This document shows positions 24,900-35,469 of a stretch of DNA of 64,000 nt, piece after piece. Each line of letters opens with the position of its first letter. Position 1 is the first letter of the stretch. The translations under genes and the position numbers were made by a program. The notes beneath the pieces are model-generated. The model was not told the DNA's origin and did no database searches. It saw nothing but the letters and a program-made list of their open reading frames with translations. Origin of the DNA: an uncultured Verrucomicrobiae bacterium (GTDB taxonomy: Bacteria; Verrucomicrobiota; Verrucomicrobiia; Opitutales; JABDGR01); the NCBI GenBank assembly GCA_963765205.1, contig CAVXVB010000005.1, positions 128,001 to 192,000 on the forward strand. Reading direction: 5' to 3'.

Positions 24900-27770
24900 A
24901 TGCCGCTTGCCTGGAACGAAATCCGCTCCCGCGCCCACGCCTTTGCCCGCGCGTGGTCGGGTGCCTCCCGCGAAAACGCCGAGAAGCAGACTTTTTGGAA
25001 TGAGTTTTTTGAGGTCTTCGGCAAAAAGCGCCGACAGGTGGCGTCCTTCGAGGAGCCGGTCAAGAAACTCTCGGGCAACTGGGGCCAGATTGACCTCTTT
25101 TGGCCCGGCACTGTCATTGCCGAGCATAAATCCCGCGGCGGCGACCTCCAGAAGGCCGCTGCGCAAGGAATGGATTACATTCGCGCTCTGACCGACCAGG
25201 GCCGTGAGAGCGAAATTCCGCGCTACCTCATTGTCAGCGATTTTGCCCGCATCGCCATCCATGATCTTGAACCTGAGCAAGACCCCGACCTCCCGCTGTT
25301 CAAGCGTCTGCCACCTTCCTTTGAGTTTCCGCTCGCCGACCTTCACAAGCATGTCCATGCATTCGGTTTCATTGCTGGATACCGGAGTTACCACCTGAAG
25401 GAGGAAGACCCGGCCAATATCGAGGCTGCTGAACTGCTCGCTCGGTTGCATGACGTGCTCGAAGACGGCGCTTACCCGAAGGCCGATCTCGACCGTTTTC
25501 TCGTTCGCATCCTTTTCTGCCTCTTCGCCGAGGACACCGGCATCTTCCCGCCCAATGCGTTTGCCGATTATCTGAAAAACTTCACCGCGGAGGATGGCTC
25601 CAACCTCGGCTCCCAGCTCGAACATCTCTTTGCGGTGCTCGACTCGCCGCCGGAGCGCCGGCAGAAGAACCTGCCCGAGCACCTGGCCGACCTGCCCTAC
25701 GTCAACGGGCGGCTCTTCGAGGATCGCCTTGCCTTCGCGGACTTCAACCATGATATGCGCACCGAGCTGCTGCGCTGCACGAACTTCAACTGGTCGCGCA
25801 TTTCCCCTGCCGTATTTGGGTCGCTCTTTCAGGCCATCATGGCCCCGCGCCAGCGCCGCCAGATTGGCGCGCATTACACCTCCGAGCGCGACATTATGAA
25901 GGTCGTCCGCTCCCTGTTCCTTGATGACCTACACGAGGAATTTAAAAAAATCTCGGCTGACCGCTCGACCTCGCGCCAGTCCCGGCTGGAGGCATTCCAG
26001 AAAAAACTCGCTGCCCTGCGCCTGCTCGACCCCGCCTGCGGCTGTGGCAACTTTCTGATTCTCGCCTACCGGGAACTCCGTGACCTTGAAATTCGCCTGC
26101 TGCTCGAACTTCACCGCTCCTCACGCACAGGGGAGACCCAGGCGGAAATGACCCTCGACGAGATCAATCGCCTAGCCAAGGTGGACGTGGACCAACTCTA
26201 TGGCATCGAAATCGAGGAATGGCCCGCCCGCATCGCCGAAGTCGCAGTTTGGCTCATGGACCACTTGATGAACCAGCGCCTTTCCGCCGCCTTCGGCCAG
26301 CTCTACCAACGCCTACCCCTGCGCAAATCGGCCACCATCGTCGTCGGCAACGCCCTGCGTCTCGACTGGAAAACGATTCTGCTGCCGGAAAAATGCAGTT
26401 ATATTTTGGGCAATCCTCCTTTTGTGGGGAAAAAGGAGCAGAACGCGGAACAGAAAGCCGACCAAGAACTCGTCTGGGATGGCGTGAAAGGCGCCGGCCT
26501 GCTCGATTATGTCACCTGCTGGTATCGGATCGCGGCGGAATATATTCGAAGTATAACCCCGTCGCCGAGGGTCGCGTTTGTATCCACCAATAGCATTTCG
26601 CAGGGCGAGCAGGTTAGCGTCCTGTGGGGCGCGCTCATGCAACGCAACGGCATCCATATCCATTTCGCGCATCGCACCTTTGCCTGGGACAGCGAGGCCC
26701 GCGGCAAAGCGCATGTTCACTGCGTCATCATCGGCTTTGGCTATGGCGACCGACCGGGGAAAGTCATTTACGAATACGACACCCCGAAAAGCGAGCCACA
26801 TGCCGTCCCGGCCAAAAACATTAATCCTTACCTGTTGGATGCTCCAAACGTCCTGGTCGTTAGCCGCACCACCCCCATAAACGGCGCTCCAGCTATTTAT
26901 TACGGCAGCATGATGATTGACAAGGATCGGCAATCCGGCGACGACGAAGGACTGATATTGAACCCGCAGTACCGGAAGGAATTGCTCGGCGAGTGCCCGG
27001 AATTGCGCCCGTATGTCAAACGCTTATACGGCGGCGAGGAATTTTTGAACGGAGCTGAGCGTTGGTGCCTCTGGTTGGTGGGCGCACCCGCCGAAATAAT
27101 GCGCGGCTGCCCGTTGCTTCGTGAGCGTTTGGCCAAAATTCGCAAATTCCGCGAGGGCAGCAACCGTAAACAAACCCGCGCTATGGCCGCGACCCCGCAT
27201 CTCTTTGGAGAAAACCGCCAGCCGGACAGTGATTACATTCTCATTCCCAAGGTTTCCTCCGAGACCCGCGATTACATCCCCATGGGCTTCGTCCCGCCCA
27301 ATATTATTGCGAGCGGCAGCACGCTTATTGTGCCTGGCGCAACCTGTTACGACTTCGGCATACTTTCCTCGGCCATGCATAACGCTTGGATTCGACAAGT
27401 TGCAGGCCGGCTGGAAAGCCGTTTGCAGTATTCGAATGGCATCGTTTACAATAATTTCCCATGGCCGGCGGAGCCAACAGCGGCGCAAAAGGCCAAAGTC
27501 CGGGAATGCGCGCACACGGTGCTTGCCGCTCGCGAACCGTTCCTCAAAAAAGGCTCCATGCTCGCCGATCTTTACGATCCGCTGGTGACGCCCCTGGCCC
27601 TGCACAAAGCCCACGTCGCCCTTGACCGCGCTGTGGACCGCTGCTACCGCAAGGCCCCCTTCAACTCCGACCGCGAGCGCGTGGAATTCCTCTTCCAATA
27701 CTACGAAAAACTCACCGCCCCGCTGGTGGCCCAGGCCAACGCCAAGCCGAAACGTCTTCGACAAATTTAG
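24900..27770 (+). CDS. MmeI-like Type IIL restriction-modification enzyme (endonuclease + N6-adenine MTase + TRD)
   Basis: MPLAWNEIR N-terminus, IDLFWPG..IAEHKSRG PD-(D/E)xK, GAHYTS, LDPACGCGNF, GNPPF, C-terminal LADLYDP...HVALDRAVD. Confidence 0.93.
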   Translation: MPLAWNEIRSRAHAFARAWSGASRENAEKQTFWNEFFEVFGKKRRQVASFEEPVKKLSGNWGQIDLFWPGTVIAEHKSRGGDLQKAAAQGMDYIRALTDQGRESEIPRYLIVSDFARIAIHDLEPEQDPDLPLFKRLPPSFEFPLADLHKHVHAFGFIAGYRSYHLKEEDPANIEAAELLARLHDVLEDGAYPKADLDRFLVRILFCLFAEDTGIFPPNAFADYLKNFTAEDGSNLGSQLEHLFAVLDSPPERRQKNLPEHLADLPYVNGRLFEDRLAFADFNHDMRTELLRCTNFNWSRISPAVFGSLFQAIMAPRQRRQIGAHYTSERDIMKVVRSLFLDDLHEEFKKISADRSTSRQSRLEAFQKKLAALRLLDPACGCGNFLILAYRELRDLEIRLLLELHRSSRTGETQAEMTLDEINRLAKVDVDQLYGIEIEEWPARIAEVAVWLMDHLMNQRLSAAFGQLYQRLPLRKSATIVVGNALRLDWKTILLPEKCSYILGNPPFVGKKEQNAEQKADQELVWDGVKGAGLLDYVTCWYRIAAEYIRSITPSPRVAFVSTNSISQGEQVSVLWGALMQRNGIHIHFAHRTFAWDSEARGKAHVHCVIIGFGYGDRPGKVIYEYDTPKSEPHAVPAKNINPYLLDAPNVLVVSRTTPINGAPAIYYGSMMIDKDRQSGDDEGLILNPQYRKELLGECPELRPYVKRLYGGEEFLNGAERWCLWLVGAPAEIMRGCPLLRERLAKIRKFREGSNRKQTRAMAATPHLFGENRQPDSDYILIPKVSSETRDYIPMGFVPPNIIASGSTLIVPGATCYDFGILSSAMHNAWIRQVAGRLESRLQYSNGIVYNNFPWPAEPTAAQKAKVRECAHTVLAAREPFLKKGSMLADLYDPLVTPLALHKAHVALDRAVDRCYRKAPFNSDRERVEFLFQYYEKLTAPLVAQANAKPKRLRQI

Positions 27771-27773
27771 TAG

Positions 27774-28334
27774 TCAATAGTTTGTACGAGGGGCTATTCT
27801 CTTTTTAAAGAAATGATTTATAAATGCATACAGGCTTTTACCTTCATGCTCCTCTAAGCCCTTGCGGTGCAGTTTAACAACTTCTAGGCACACCGCGTAT
27901 ATTTCTGATGTGCTTAAGTTTTTCACCTTCTTACTGAGCAAGGCTGTGGTAGTTGGGTCGAGTGATGCCACGGCTCTTTTTGTAATTAGAACGGCCTTTT
28001 TGGTCTCATCCGGAAAAAGACAATCCTGAAGATAGTGAAGTAAAAACGAGTTCGCATGTATGGGCAAGCCGGTCACAGTCTCCAATTCACAGAGTAGTTG
28101 CTTGATATCTTTATCGCTTATCGCGACAATATTCGTATGAAGGTAATTTGAATCCATGACAAAATGATGTTGTAGATGTTCATCCATGCACCTGCCAAGT
28201 TCAAACGCAAATAAAATGTGTGTGGCCACCTGTAAAAGGCAGATGAATACGTGGGTTTTGTGAATAACTTTTGAGAACGGGCTTGCAGTGCGGGTGATTG
28301 CGGAGAGAAGGTAGAGTTTGGTGCCTTTTTTCAT
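27774..28334 (-). CDS. AT-rich hypothetical protein (start uncertain, possibly 5'-truncated)
   Basis: 186-aa ORF in low-GC DNA, convergent with the MmeI-like gene. Confidence 0.5.
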   Translation of the reverse strand: MKKGTKLYLLSAITRTASPFSKVIHKTHVFICLLQVATHILFAFELGRCMDEHLQHHFVMDSNYLHTNIVAISDKDIKQLLCELETVTGLPIHANSFLLHYLQDCLFPDETKKAVLITKRAVASLDPTTTALLSKKVKNLSTSEIYAVCLEVVKLHRKGLEEHEGKSLYAFINHFFKKRIAPRTNY

Positions 28335-28369
28335 TGATTTTCATTTTTTTAGCCACTGAATTCCTTCTC

Positions 28370-29842
28370 ATGTCCGTTTCCGCCACGCCCCGTCCGTCTT
28401 CCGCTCCCTCCTTCACTAAAACTTCGGAGGGCAAGCTTGGGGGTTCCGCGCCCTCCGCTGCGGCACGAGCTTCGGGCGGCGCCGAGGGGGGCCGCGTCGC
28501 GCCGCACAATGTGGATGCCGAGCAGGGGTTGCTGGCGTCGTGCCTGCTCGAAAATGGCGGGGACGTGATCAATGAGTGCCTCATGGCGAAGGTGCGGCCG
28601 GAGTATTTTTACCGTTCCGCGCACCAAGTTATCTACGAGGCGCTGATTGCGTTGAACTCGGCGGGCGTGCCGGCGGACGAGATTCTGCTCGCGAACAAGC
28701 TCAAGGATATGGGTCAACTTGACGCCATCGGCGGCCATGCCTTCCTCTACGAGCTGACCAACCGCATCCAGACCACCGTCCACGCGAAGCACTGGCTGCA
28801 AATCGTCAAAGAGAAATATTTCTTGCGCCAACTGATTCGCACGTCGCAATGGACGGTTGAGCAGGCGCACGGGGCGGGGCAGGGGAGCGTGCAGGAGTTG
28901 CTGGGCAATGTGGAGGCGGAGTTTTTCAAAATCCAGCAGGACACGATTTCCGAGTCGGCGGAGCCGCTGGCGAAGTCCGTTAACCTCGCGTCGGAAATGG
29001 TGGCGAAGATGCTGGAGCGCCGCGGCGAGGTCAGCGGCGTGCCGACCGGCTACACGGATTTGGACAAGCTGACGTTCGGCTTCCACCCGTCGGAGATGAT
29101 CGTGATCGCGGCGCGGCCCTCGATGGGCAAGACCTCGATTGCGATGAACATCGCCGAGCACGCCGCCCTGCCCGCGCCGCGCGAGACGCGCCCGCCGGTC
29201 TCCACGCTGATTTTCAGCCTCGAAATGGCCGCCGAGCAACTGGCCATGCGCCTGCTCTGCTCAAACGCCCGCGTGGACATGCAGAAATTGAAGGATGGCT
29301 TTTGCGACCGGCAGCGCGAACTCATCGAATCCGCCAAACTCCTCAAAACCGCGCCGCTGTGGATAGACGCGAGCGCGAACCTGAACATCCTGGAAATGCG
29401 CGCCAAGGCCCGGCGGCTCCACTCGCGGCACAAGCTCGGGATGGTTATTATTGACTACCTGCAACTGGTGGCTTCGGCGGGCCAGTTCAACTCGCGCGAG
29501 CAGGAAGTGGCGGAGGTCTCGCGCGGGATCAAGGCGATGGCCAAGGAGCTGAATTTGCCCGTCGTGGTGCTGTGCCAGCTCAACCGCGAGTCGGAGAAGG
29601 AGAAGCGCCTGCCCCGCCTGAGCGACCTGCGCGAGTCCGGCTCTATCGAGCAGGACGCCGACGTGGTGCTGCTGCTTTCCAAGGCCCGGGACCAGCGGGA
29701 CACCGAGGAGACGCCGGACCAACTGGCGGTGAAGCGTGAATTAATCATTGCCAAAAACCGCAATGGCCCGATAGGAGAGGTGGCGCTTACGTTCAATAAG
29801 CGCCTTACCCGTTTTGAAAATTACACTGCACACGGTTCTTAA
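28370..29842 (+). CDS. dnaB: Replicative DNA helicase
   Basis: PHNVDAEQ, IAARPSMGKT, FSLEM, IDYLQL, QLNRE, SDLRESGSIEQDAD, KNRNGP. Confidence 0.97.
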   Translation: MSVSATPRPSSAPSFTKTSEGKLGGSAPSAAARASGGAEGGRVAPHNVDAEQGLLASCLLENGGDVINECLMAKVRPEYFYRSAHQVIYEALIALNSAGVPADEILLANKLKDMGQLDAIGGHAFLYELTNRIQTTVHAKHWLQIVKEKYFLRQLIRTSQWTVEQAHGAGQGSVQELLGNVEAEFFKIQQDTISESAEPLAKSVNLASEMVAKMLERRGEVSGVPTGYTDLDKLTFGFHPSEMIVIAARPSMGKTSIAMNIAEHAALPAPRETRPPVSTLIFSLEMAAEQLAMRLLCSNARVDMQKLKDGFCDRQRELIESAKLLKTAPLWIDASANLNILEMRAKARRLHSRHKLGMVIIDYLQLVASAGQFNSREQEVAEVSRGIKAMAKELNLPVVVLCQLNRESEKEKRLPRLSDLRESGSIEQDADVVLLLSKARDQRDTEETPDQLAVKRELIIAKNRNGPIGEVALTFNKRLTRFENYTAHGS

Positions 29843-32276
29843 CCCGCGCCGGGCGGCCCTCCTGGCGGGCGTCTGGCTGGCCGTGGCTATGCGGGCGGCG
29901 GCGCAAGCGCCCGCGCCAACGGACTTGCCGCTGCCGCCCGGCCCCAACGCGCCGGTCGTGCAAACTGCGGCGACAGAGCCGACGGCGCCCATCGTGGAGA
30001 ACATCTCCCTGCAAATCCAGGGTTCGCAGCAAATCAGCACCGATTCCGTCCTGGCCCACGTCTTTATCCGCGAGCAAATGCCCTATGACCAGACGTTGGT
30101 GGACAAGTCGGTGGATTCGCTGGTGGCGACGAAGCAGTTCAGCTTTGTGCGCACCGACCGCCAAGACCTGCCCGACGGCAACGTGAAGCTCATCATCAAC
30201 CTCTTCCCCAACCCGAAGGTCTCGGCGGTGGTGTTCAAGGGCAACAAGGACTACTCGCAGACGCGCCTGTTTGGGGAGATCAAGACCGTCGCGGGCGATT
30301 TTGTGGACGAAGAGCAATTGAAGGAAGACCAGGACAAGCTCCGGGACTTTTACCAAAAAAAGGGCTATTCGCAGGTCAAGGTCACTTATGCGATAGACAC
30401 CAACCCGAACACGGGCACGGCGGTGGTGACGTTCCAGATTGACGAAGGCCCGGCGGTCGAGATTGAGGCGATCAATTTTGTCGGCAACGATCACCTGAAA
30501 TCCGGCGAGCTGGCCGACCAGATACAGACCGTCACCCACAAGTTCATCATTTCCTGGTTCAGCGGCGGCGGGGTTTTCAAGCGCGAGGATTTCTTGGACG
30601 ACCTCGACACGCTGCGCAAATACTACAAGTCCCACGGCTACCTCGATGTGGACATCCCGGAGGACGAAGTCAAATACGACTATCCCGCGCCGGGCGAACT
30701 CGCCCTCACCATCACCGTCCACGAAGGCCGCCAATACCGCATCGGCCAAAACATCACCATCGAGGGCAACACGATTTTCCAGACGGCGACGCTGAAGGCC
30801 CTGCTCACCCTCAAACCCGGCCAGGTTTTTTCACCCGAGGAGGTGGACAAGAACCGCGACGCCATCCGCGACTTCTATGGCAAGGCGGGCTACCTCGACA
30901 CGTTTGTGACCGCCGTCCGCCAGCCCGACCTCGCAACCGGCGACATCGGCATCAATTTCATGGTCATGCACGCGGAAGGCCAGAATGCCGCGGAAGGCGA
31001 GTCGGACAAGTTCTATGTCGAGGGCATTGACATCGAAGGCAACACGAAGACGCGCAGCAACGTCATCGTGCGCGAACTGGTACTCGCGCCGGGCGACGTG
31101 TTTGACACCGACCGGATGAAGACCAGCGAAGACCGGCTGCGCAACACCGGGTATTTCGATGAAGTGAACCTTTCCCCCGGCGACACCAACATCCCCGGCA
31201 AGCGCAACCTGCGCATCAACCTGACCGAAGCCAAGACCCTCACCGCGCAAATCGGCGCGGGTTTCGACCCGATTGAGGGCATCGCGGCGTTCGTGGATTT
31301 TCAGGAAACCAATTTCGATCTGTTTAATTCCCGGACGGATTTCCGCGGCGGTGGGCAGAAAGCGCACCTGCGCGCCACGATCGGCAGCAATATCCTGAGC
31401 GTGCAGATGGATTACGAATATCCCTGGCTGTTCGAGCGCCGTTTGGACACTGGCATCAGCCTGTTCCACACCGAGGAAAGCTACACCAGCAGCATCTATA
31501 ACGAGGAAGACACGGGCTTCACGGTGTTCGTGCGCAAGCCCGTCATCGAATTCATTGACGCCACGCTGAGCTATACGTTGGAGGACATCCTCATCAAGGA
31601 CATCACCACCGCCGCGCCCCCGCCGGTGTTCGAGGAGAAGGGGTTTGCCACGGTTTCCAAAGTCGGCCTCGACTTGGTGCGGCAGGAAGGCCTCGACAGC
31701 CTGCAAGCGCCCACCACGGGACAGCGCGAGGAGTTTCTTACCGCCGTGGCCGGCGGCCCGTTGGGCGGGCAGACGAACATTTACCGCCTTGAAGGGCACC
31801 TGGCCTTTTGGGTGCCGACCTTCAAGCAGAGCAACCAGGTGTTTTCCATGTCCCTGCGCGCTGGCACCGTCTCCGGCTATGATGGCAAGGACGTGCCGTA
31901 TGCGGAACGCTATTTCCTCGGTGGCGATTATGACCTGCGCGGTTATTCTTACCGCAACGTCGGCCCGAAAGTCGAAGATCCCACGTCCCCTGCGGTCGGC
32001 GAGCCGCTCGGCGGCAACAGCATGGCGGTGGCGCAGACGGAATACAGCTTCGAGCTATTCAAGGACTTCCGCCTCGCCTTCTTCCACGACATCGGATTCG
32101 TCAACCCGAACGCTTATGACATAAGCCCCGGGGGCTACCGCCAGGACGTCGGCATCGGTCTGCATTTCTTCCTGATGAAGCAACCCATCCGCATTGACTT
32201 TGGCTATCCGCTCAACGCCGACCGCTTCCAGTCGCACAGCATCACGCCCAGCTTTTCGTTCCAAGCCGTCTATTAA
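29814..32276 (+). CDS. bamA: Outer membrane protein assembly factor BamA
   Basis: POTRA repeats (IDIEGNTKTRSNVIVRE), LRGY loop, C-terminal barrel ending in Y; start uncertain. Confidence 0.93.
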   Translation: MKITLHTVLNPRRAALLAGVWLAVAMRAAAQAPAPTDLPLPPGPNAPVVQTAATEPTAPIVENISLQIQGSQQISTDSVLAHVFIREQMPYDQTLVDKSVDSLVATKQFSFVRTDRQDLPDGNVKLIINLFPNPKVSAVVFKGNKDYSQTRLFGEIKTVAGDFVDEEQLKEDQDKLRDFYQKKGYSQVKVTYAIDTNPNTGTAVVTFQIDEGPAVEIEAINFVGNDHLKSGELADQIQTVTHKFIISWFSGGGVFKREDFLDDLDTLRKYYKSHGYLDVDIPEDEVKYDYPAPGELALTITVHEGRQYRIGQNITIEGNTIFQTATLKALLTLKPGQVFSPEEVDKNRDAIRDFYGKAGYLDTFVTAVRQPDLATGDIGINFMVMHAEGQNAAEGESDKFYVEGIDIEGNTKTRSNVIVRELVLAPGDVFDTDRMKTSEDRLRNTGYFDEVNLSPGDTNIPGKRNLRINLTEAKTLTAQIGAGFDPIEGIAAFVDFQETNFDLFNSRTDFRGGGQKAHLRATIGSNILSVQMDYEYPWLFERRLDTGISLFHTEESYTSSIYNEEDTGFTVFVRKPVIEFIDATLSYTLEDILIKDITTAAPPPVFEEKGFATVSKVGLDLVRQEGLDSLQAPTTGQREEFLTAVAGGPLGGQTNIYRLEGHLAFWVPTFKQSNQVFSMSLRAGTVSGYDGKDVPYAERYFLGGDYDLRGYSYRNVGPKVEDPTSPAVGEPLGGNSMAVAQTEYSFELFKDFRLAFFHDIGFVNPNAYDISPGGYRQDVGIGLHFFLMKQPIRIDFGYPLNADRFQSHSITPSFSFQAVY

Positions 32277-32296
32277 GCGCGCTGCGAGAGACTTAC

Positions 32297-33250
32297 TTAG
32301 TTGGTCTGCAGGGTCAACACATGGATGATGGGCGTCGGCCCGCTCAAGCCATTGTAAACGGTTCCATAGATTTTCACTGGCTTGTCCAACAACGCCACCA
32401 CCGGCCCGGCCAGCACGACATCGCTGAGGTCCGCGAGGTAGATCACCTGGCCTTTGTCGCTATACAACACGTATTGGGCATTGATGGGGCCGCTGATTTT
32501 CGTGTCCGTGCGCAGGCGAAGCGTGCCGTAATAGAAATGAGGCAGGCCGGGGCTTTCCGCGGGTTGGGGCGGCGCGGGGATGGCCGTGACGGCCACTGGC
32601 GGTGTAACCGCAGTTACGGGGGTGATGGCGGTGACTTTCGCCGGTGGCGGGACGGGTGCCGGCGGAGTCACAGTGGCGGGTGCCGACGGTTGAGCCGGAG
32701 CCGGCACCGGTGCAGGCGCGGGCGTTGGCGTGGGTGCTGCGGCCACTGTGGGCGTGGGAACTGGTGCGGGTGCAGGCGCGGGCGCAGGAGCGCTGGCAGC
32801 GGGTGGGGGAGCAGGCTTGATGAAATACACGGTCACCGGGCCGGGAAAGTTCACTTGTGACCAAGCGACGTCCGTGCTGGTCAGGACCAAAGGCGGACTA
32901 TCCGGCGCATTCCCCAGCACGGGGCTGGCGGCATCTGCCACCGTGTGGACGGGTGTGCCGGGAATTACAGATAGATTTAAGCGCGATTTGTCCGTCGGCA
33001 CAAAGCCGGGGAACGGGCCGGGCAAATCGAGCGACTCCCAGCCCAGTGCGGCTTGCGCGGAATCGGAGACGGGTTTCGCATTGGCCAGGCGCGTGTCGTC
33101 GGGCTCGAGGCGTTGGAACACCGGCGTCGTGGCGTCGGGCGACAGGTAAACAGCCAGGTCGGTCGAAGGCCCAAAGCCGTCGGCCCGCAGCGCCGGGGCG
33201 GCGAGCAGGCCGAGCGCGACCGCCAAAATGAGGTGAAAGCGATGATTCAT
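32297..33250 (-). CDS. Secreted Pro/Ala-rich hypothetical protein
   Basis: Signal peptide, SH3-like N-part, long PA linker, C-terminal beta domain. Confidence 0.7.
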   Translation of the reverse strand: MNHRFHLILAVALGLLAAPALRADGFGPSTDLAVYLSPDATTPVFQRLEPDDTRLANAKPVSDSAQAALGWESLDLPGPFPGFVPTDKSRLNLSVIPGTPVHTVADAASPVLGNAPDSPPLVLTSTDVAWSQVNFPGPVTVYFIKPAPPPAASAPAPAPAPAPVPTPTVAAAPTPTPAPAPVPAPAQPSAPATVTPPAPVPPPAKVTAITPVTAVTPPVAVTAIPAPPQPAESPGLPHFYYGTLRLRTDTKISGPINAQYVLYSDKGQVIYLADLSDVVLAGPVVALLDKPVKIYGTVYNGLSGPTPIIHVLTLQTN

Positions 33251-33392
33251 GGCAATGGTGGCAACAGGTCTATAACCACGCAGCATAACGTGCTTTCGGC
33301 CAACGACAAAGCATTTTCTCCAAGGTGGCCAGCCTATTTTGGGAGTTGCCAAGCGCCTCCCGGGCGGCGATTTTTTACGTTTGGCCCTGCGC

Positions 33393-34553
33393 ATGATTAC
33401 CGATTCCAGCCCCTCCGCCTTCAATAAAGACCGTCCCTTTTTGGCACGGTTGACCGAGCGCCGCCGCCTTTCGAAGCCCGGCAGCGAGAAGGACACGCGC
33501 CACTTCGTCGTGAATATCGCGGGCAGTGGGTTAACTTACAAGTGCGGTGATTCGCTCGGCGTCTATCCCACCAACGACCCCGTGCTGGTGGACGAAGTGC
33601 TGCGCGCAGTCGGTCTGCATGGCGACGAGTTGGTGACGCTCAAAACCCTTGTTACCGTGCCGCTGCGCGAGGCGCTGCTCACGCGCTTTTCGCTCGCGCA
33701 GCCGACCAAAAAAACGCTCCATACCTTCCACGCCCATGCGACCGCGTTGGATGAGCAGGCGCGCCTCCACAACCTGCTCAACAACACCAAGCCCGAGGAA
33801 TTGCACGCCTACCTCGAACAACGCGAGTTCCTCGACCTCCTCGAGGAATACCCCAGCGTGCGCTTCGGCCCGCATACGTTTCTCGAACTTTTCCGCAAAC
33901 TCCAGCCGCGTCTCTATTCCATCGCCTCCTCGCCCGTGCTCCATCCGCACGAAGTCCACCTCACCATCGCCGTCGTGCGTTATGAGACGAACGGCCGCCC
34001 GCGCCTCGGCGTCGCCTCGACCTACCTCGCCGACCGCGCGCCGGAAAATGAAGCCGCCGTGCCCGTCTTCGTCTCGCACTCGCATTTCGGGCTGCCGGAG
34101 GACCCCGCGCGCGACCTCATCATGGTCGGCCCCGGCACCGGCATCGCGCCCTTCCGCGCCTTCGCGCAGGAGCGCATCGCGCACCACGCGTCCGGCCGTA
34201 TGTGGGTGTTTTTTGGCGAACAGCGCCGCGCCTTCGATTATTTATACGAGGAGGAATGGGAAGCCTGGCGCGCCGCCGGCCAACTCGCGCGCCTCGACCT
34301 CGCCTTCTCGCGCGACCAAAAGCACAAAATCTATGTGCAAGACCGCATGATGGAACACGCTGCCGAATTGTGGGCCTGGCTGAAAAACGGCGCGGCCTTC
34401 TACGTCTGCGGCGACGCCAAACGCATGGCCAAAGACGTGGACTCCGCCCTCCACGACCTCATCGCCCACCAAGGCGGGATGGACGCCGCGCAGGCCATTG
34501 AATACGTTAAACTGATGAAAAAGGAGAAAAGATATCAGCGGGATGTGTATTGA
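33393..34553 (+). CDS. Sulfite reductase flavoprotein alpha-like (FAD/NADPH module, no flavodoxin domain)
   Basis: PRLYSIASS, GVASTYL, MVGPGTGIAPFR, AFSRDQ, YVCGDAKRMAKDV, RYQRDVY. Confidence 0.9.
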   Translation: MITDSSPSAFNKDRPFLARLTERRRLSKPGSEKDTRHFVVNIAGSGLTYKCGDSLGVYPTNDPVLVDEVLRAVGLHGDELVTLKTLVTVPLREALLTRFSLAQPTKKTLHTFHAHATALDEQARLHNLLNNTKPEELHAYLEQREFLDLLEEYPSVRFGPHTFLELFRKLQPRLYSIASSPVLHPHEVHLTIAVVRYETNGRPRLGVASTYLADRAPENEAAVPVFVSHSHFGLPEDPARDLIMVGPGTGIAPFRAFAQERIAHHASGRMWVFFGEQRRAFDYLYEEEWEAWRAAGQLARLDLAFSRDQKHKIYVQDRMMEHAAELWAWLKNGAAFYVCGDAKRMAKDVDSALHDLIAHQGGMDAAQAIEYVKLMKKEKRYQRDVY

Positions 34554-34556
34554 GCT

Positions 34557-34655
34557 GGGCAGAATAGGGAAGGTGGAATGTAGAAGGTAGAATCTGCGCC
34601 AAAGAAATTTAACTTCATTCTTCATTTTACATTCCCCCTTCTACCTCCTACCTTC
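34557..34655. repeat. Inverted pair of GRAGGTA/GAATGTA-type heptamer arrays
   Basis: Arms 34557-34593 and 34617-34655; right arm recurs at 35562-35581. Confidence 0.8.
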
Positions 34656-34731
34656 GGCAATTATATACCCGTTTCATCAAAGGCCATCGGCCCGAAAGGG
34701 GGGCCGGTGAGTGAATCTGCATCTTTCAGCC

Positions 34732-35469
34732 CTATTCGTCTGGGTAATCATCAGTGTCATTCCCGCGCGGGGTGGACTTGTGCCTCAATGCGGAATCGAG
34801 AATGAAGCAAAAATTGGTATATCTGGCCTTTTTGAAGGCGTCAAAGTATTCGACGCGGCCCAAGATATACAATGCCCTTTCCCCTTCTGTTTGATGCCCG
34901 CCGGGGTCGCAACGAAGCGTGAAAACATCTTGTGGCCCAACATACAGGGTTCCAGAACACAACTCTTTGGGAATAGGTTGAATTCTAAAGTTATCGGGTT
35001 GGGGAATTTCCAACGAAGACACGGAGCCTTTAGCAACCACGCGATAGGCGGGGGTTTGTCCGGTATTCTTAAAGACAACAACGTAAGTTGGTATGTTATT
35101 GCCAGTAGGAGTCCCTTTTTCAAAATTGGAAAAGGTCAAATAGGCCCGCAACTGCCTTTCAGAGGATTCTTTACTCGCATCTATCGCCTTTCGCATCAAG
35201 CGAGCTTGGATTCCATAAATGACAGCTTGTATGAAAACGATTCCCAGCGTGGCGATTTCAATCCAATTAAGATACTCTAAACATCTATTCATAATAATCC
35301 AAGACCTTTTTGCTATTTCACCCGTATCCACCCCTTCAATACGATTACTCTCGCCATGTCTTGCCGGTTTTGCATGGTTAATTATAAACTCGATATACGC
35401 TTCATCCAATTTCAATGCTGTTCGCATTTCTTCCCATTGATTTTTTTTCTCTTTTCCTGGAGCTATCAT
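34732..35469 (-). CDS. AT-rich hypothetical protein, apparently chimeric (helical domain fragment + TM + beta-rich domain)
   Basis: Frame is open upstream without a start up to the repeat at about 35560; internal TM WIEIATLGIVFIQAVIYGIQ followed by ERQLRAYL. Confidence 0.5.
   Translation of the reverse strand: MIAPGKEKKNQWEEMRTALKLDEAYIEFIINHAKPARHGESNRIEGVDTGEIAKRSWIIMNRCLEYLNWIEIATLGIVFIQAVIYGIQARLMRKAIDASKESSERQLRAYLTFSNFEKGTPTGNNIPTYVVVFKNTGQTPAYRVVAKGSVSSLEIPQPDNFRIQPIPKELCSGTLYVGPQDVFTLRCDPGGHQTEGERALYILGRVEYFDAFKKARYTNFCFILDSALRHKSTPRGNDTDDYPDE

Noticed and set aside
34711..35280. 189-aa plus-strand ORF
   Set aside because: Antisense shadow of the minus-strand ORF, which has more protein-like features; no recognisable motif
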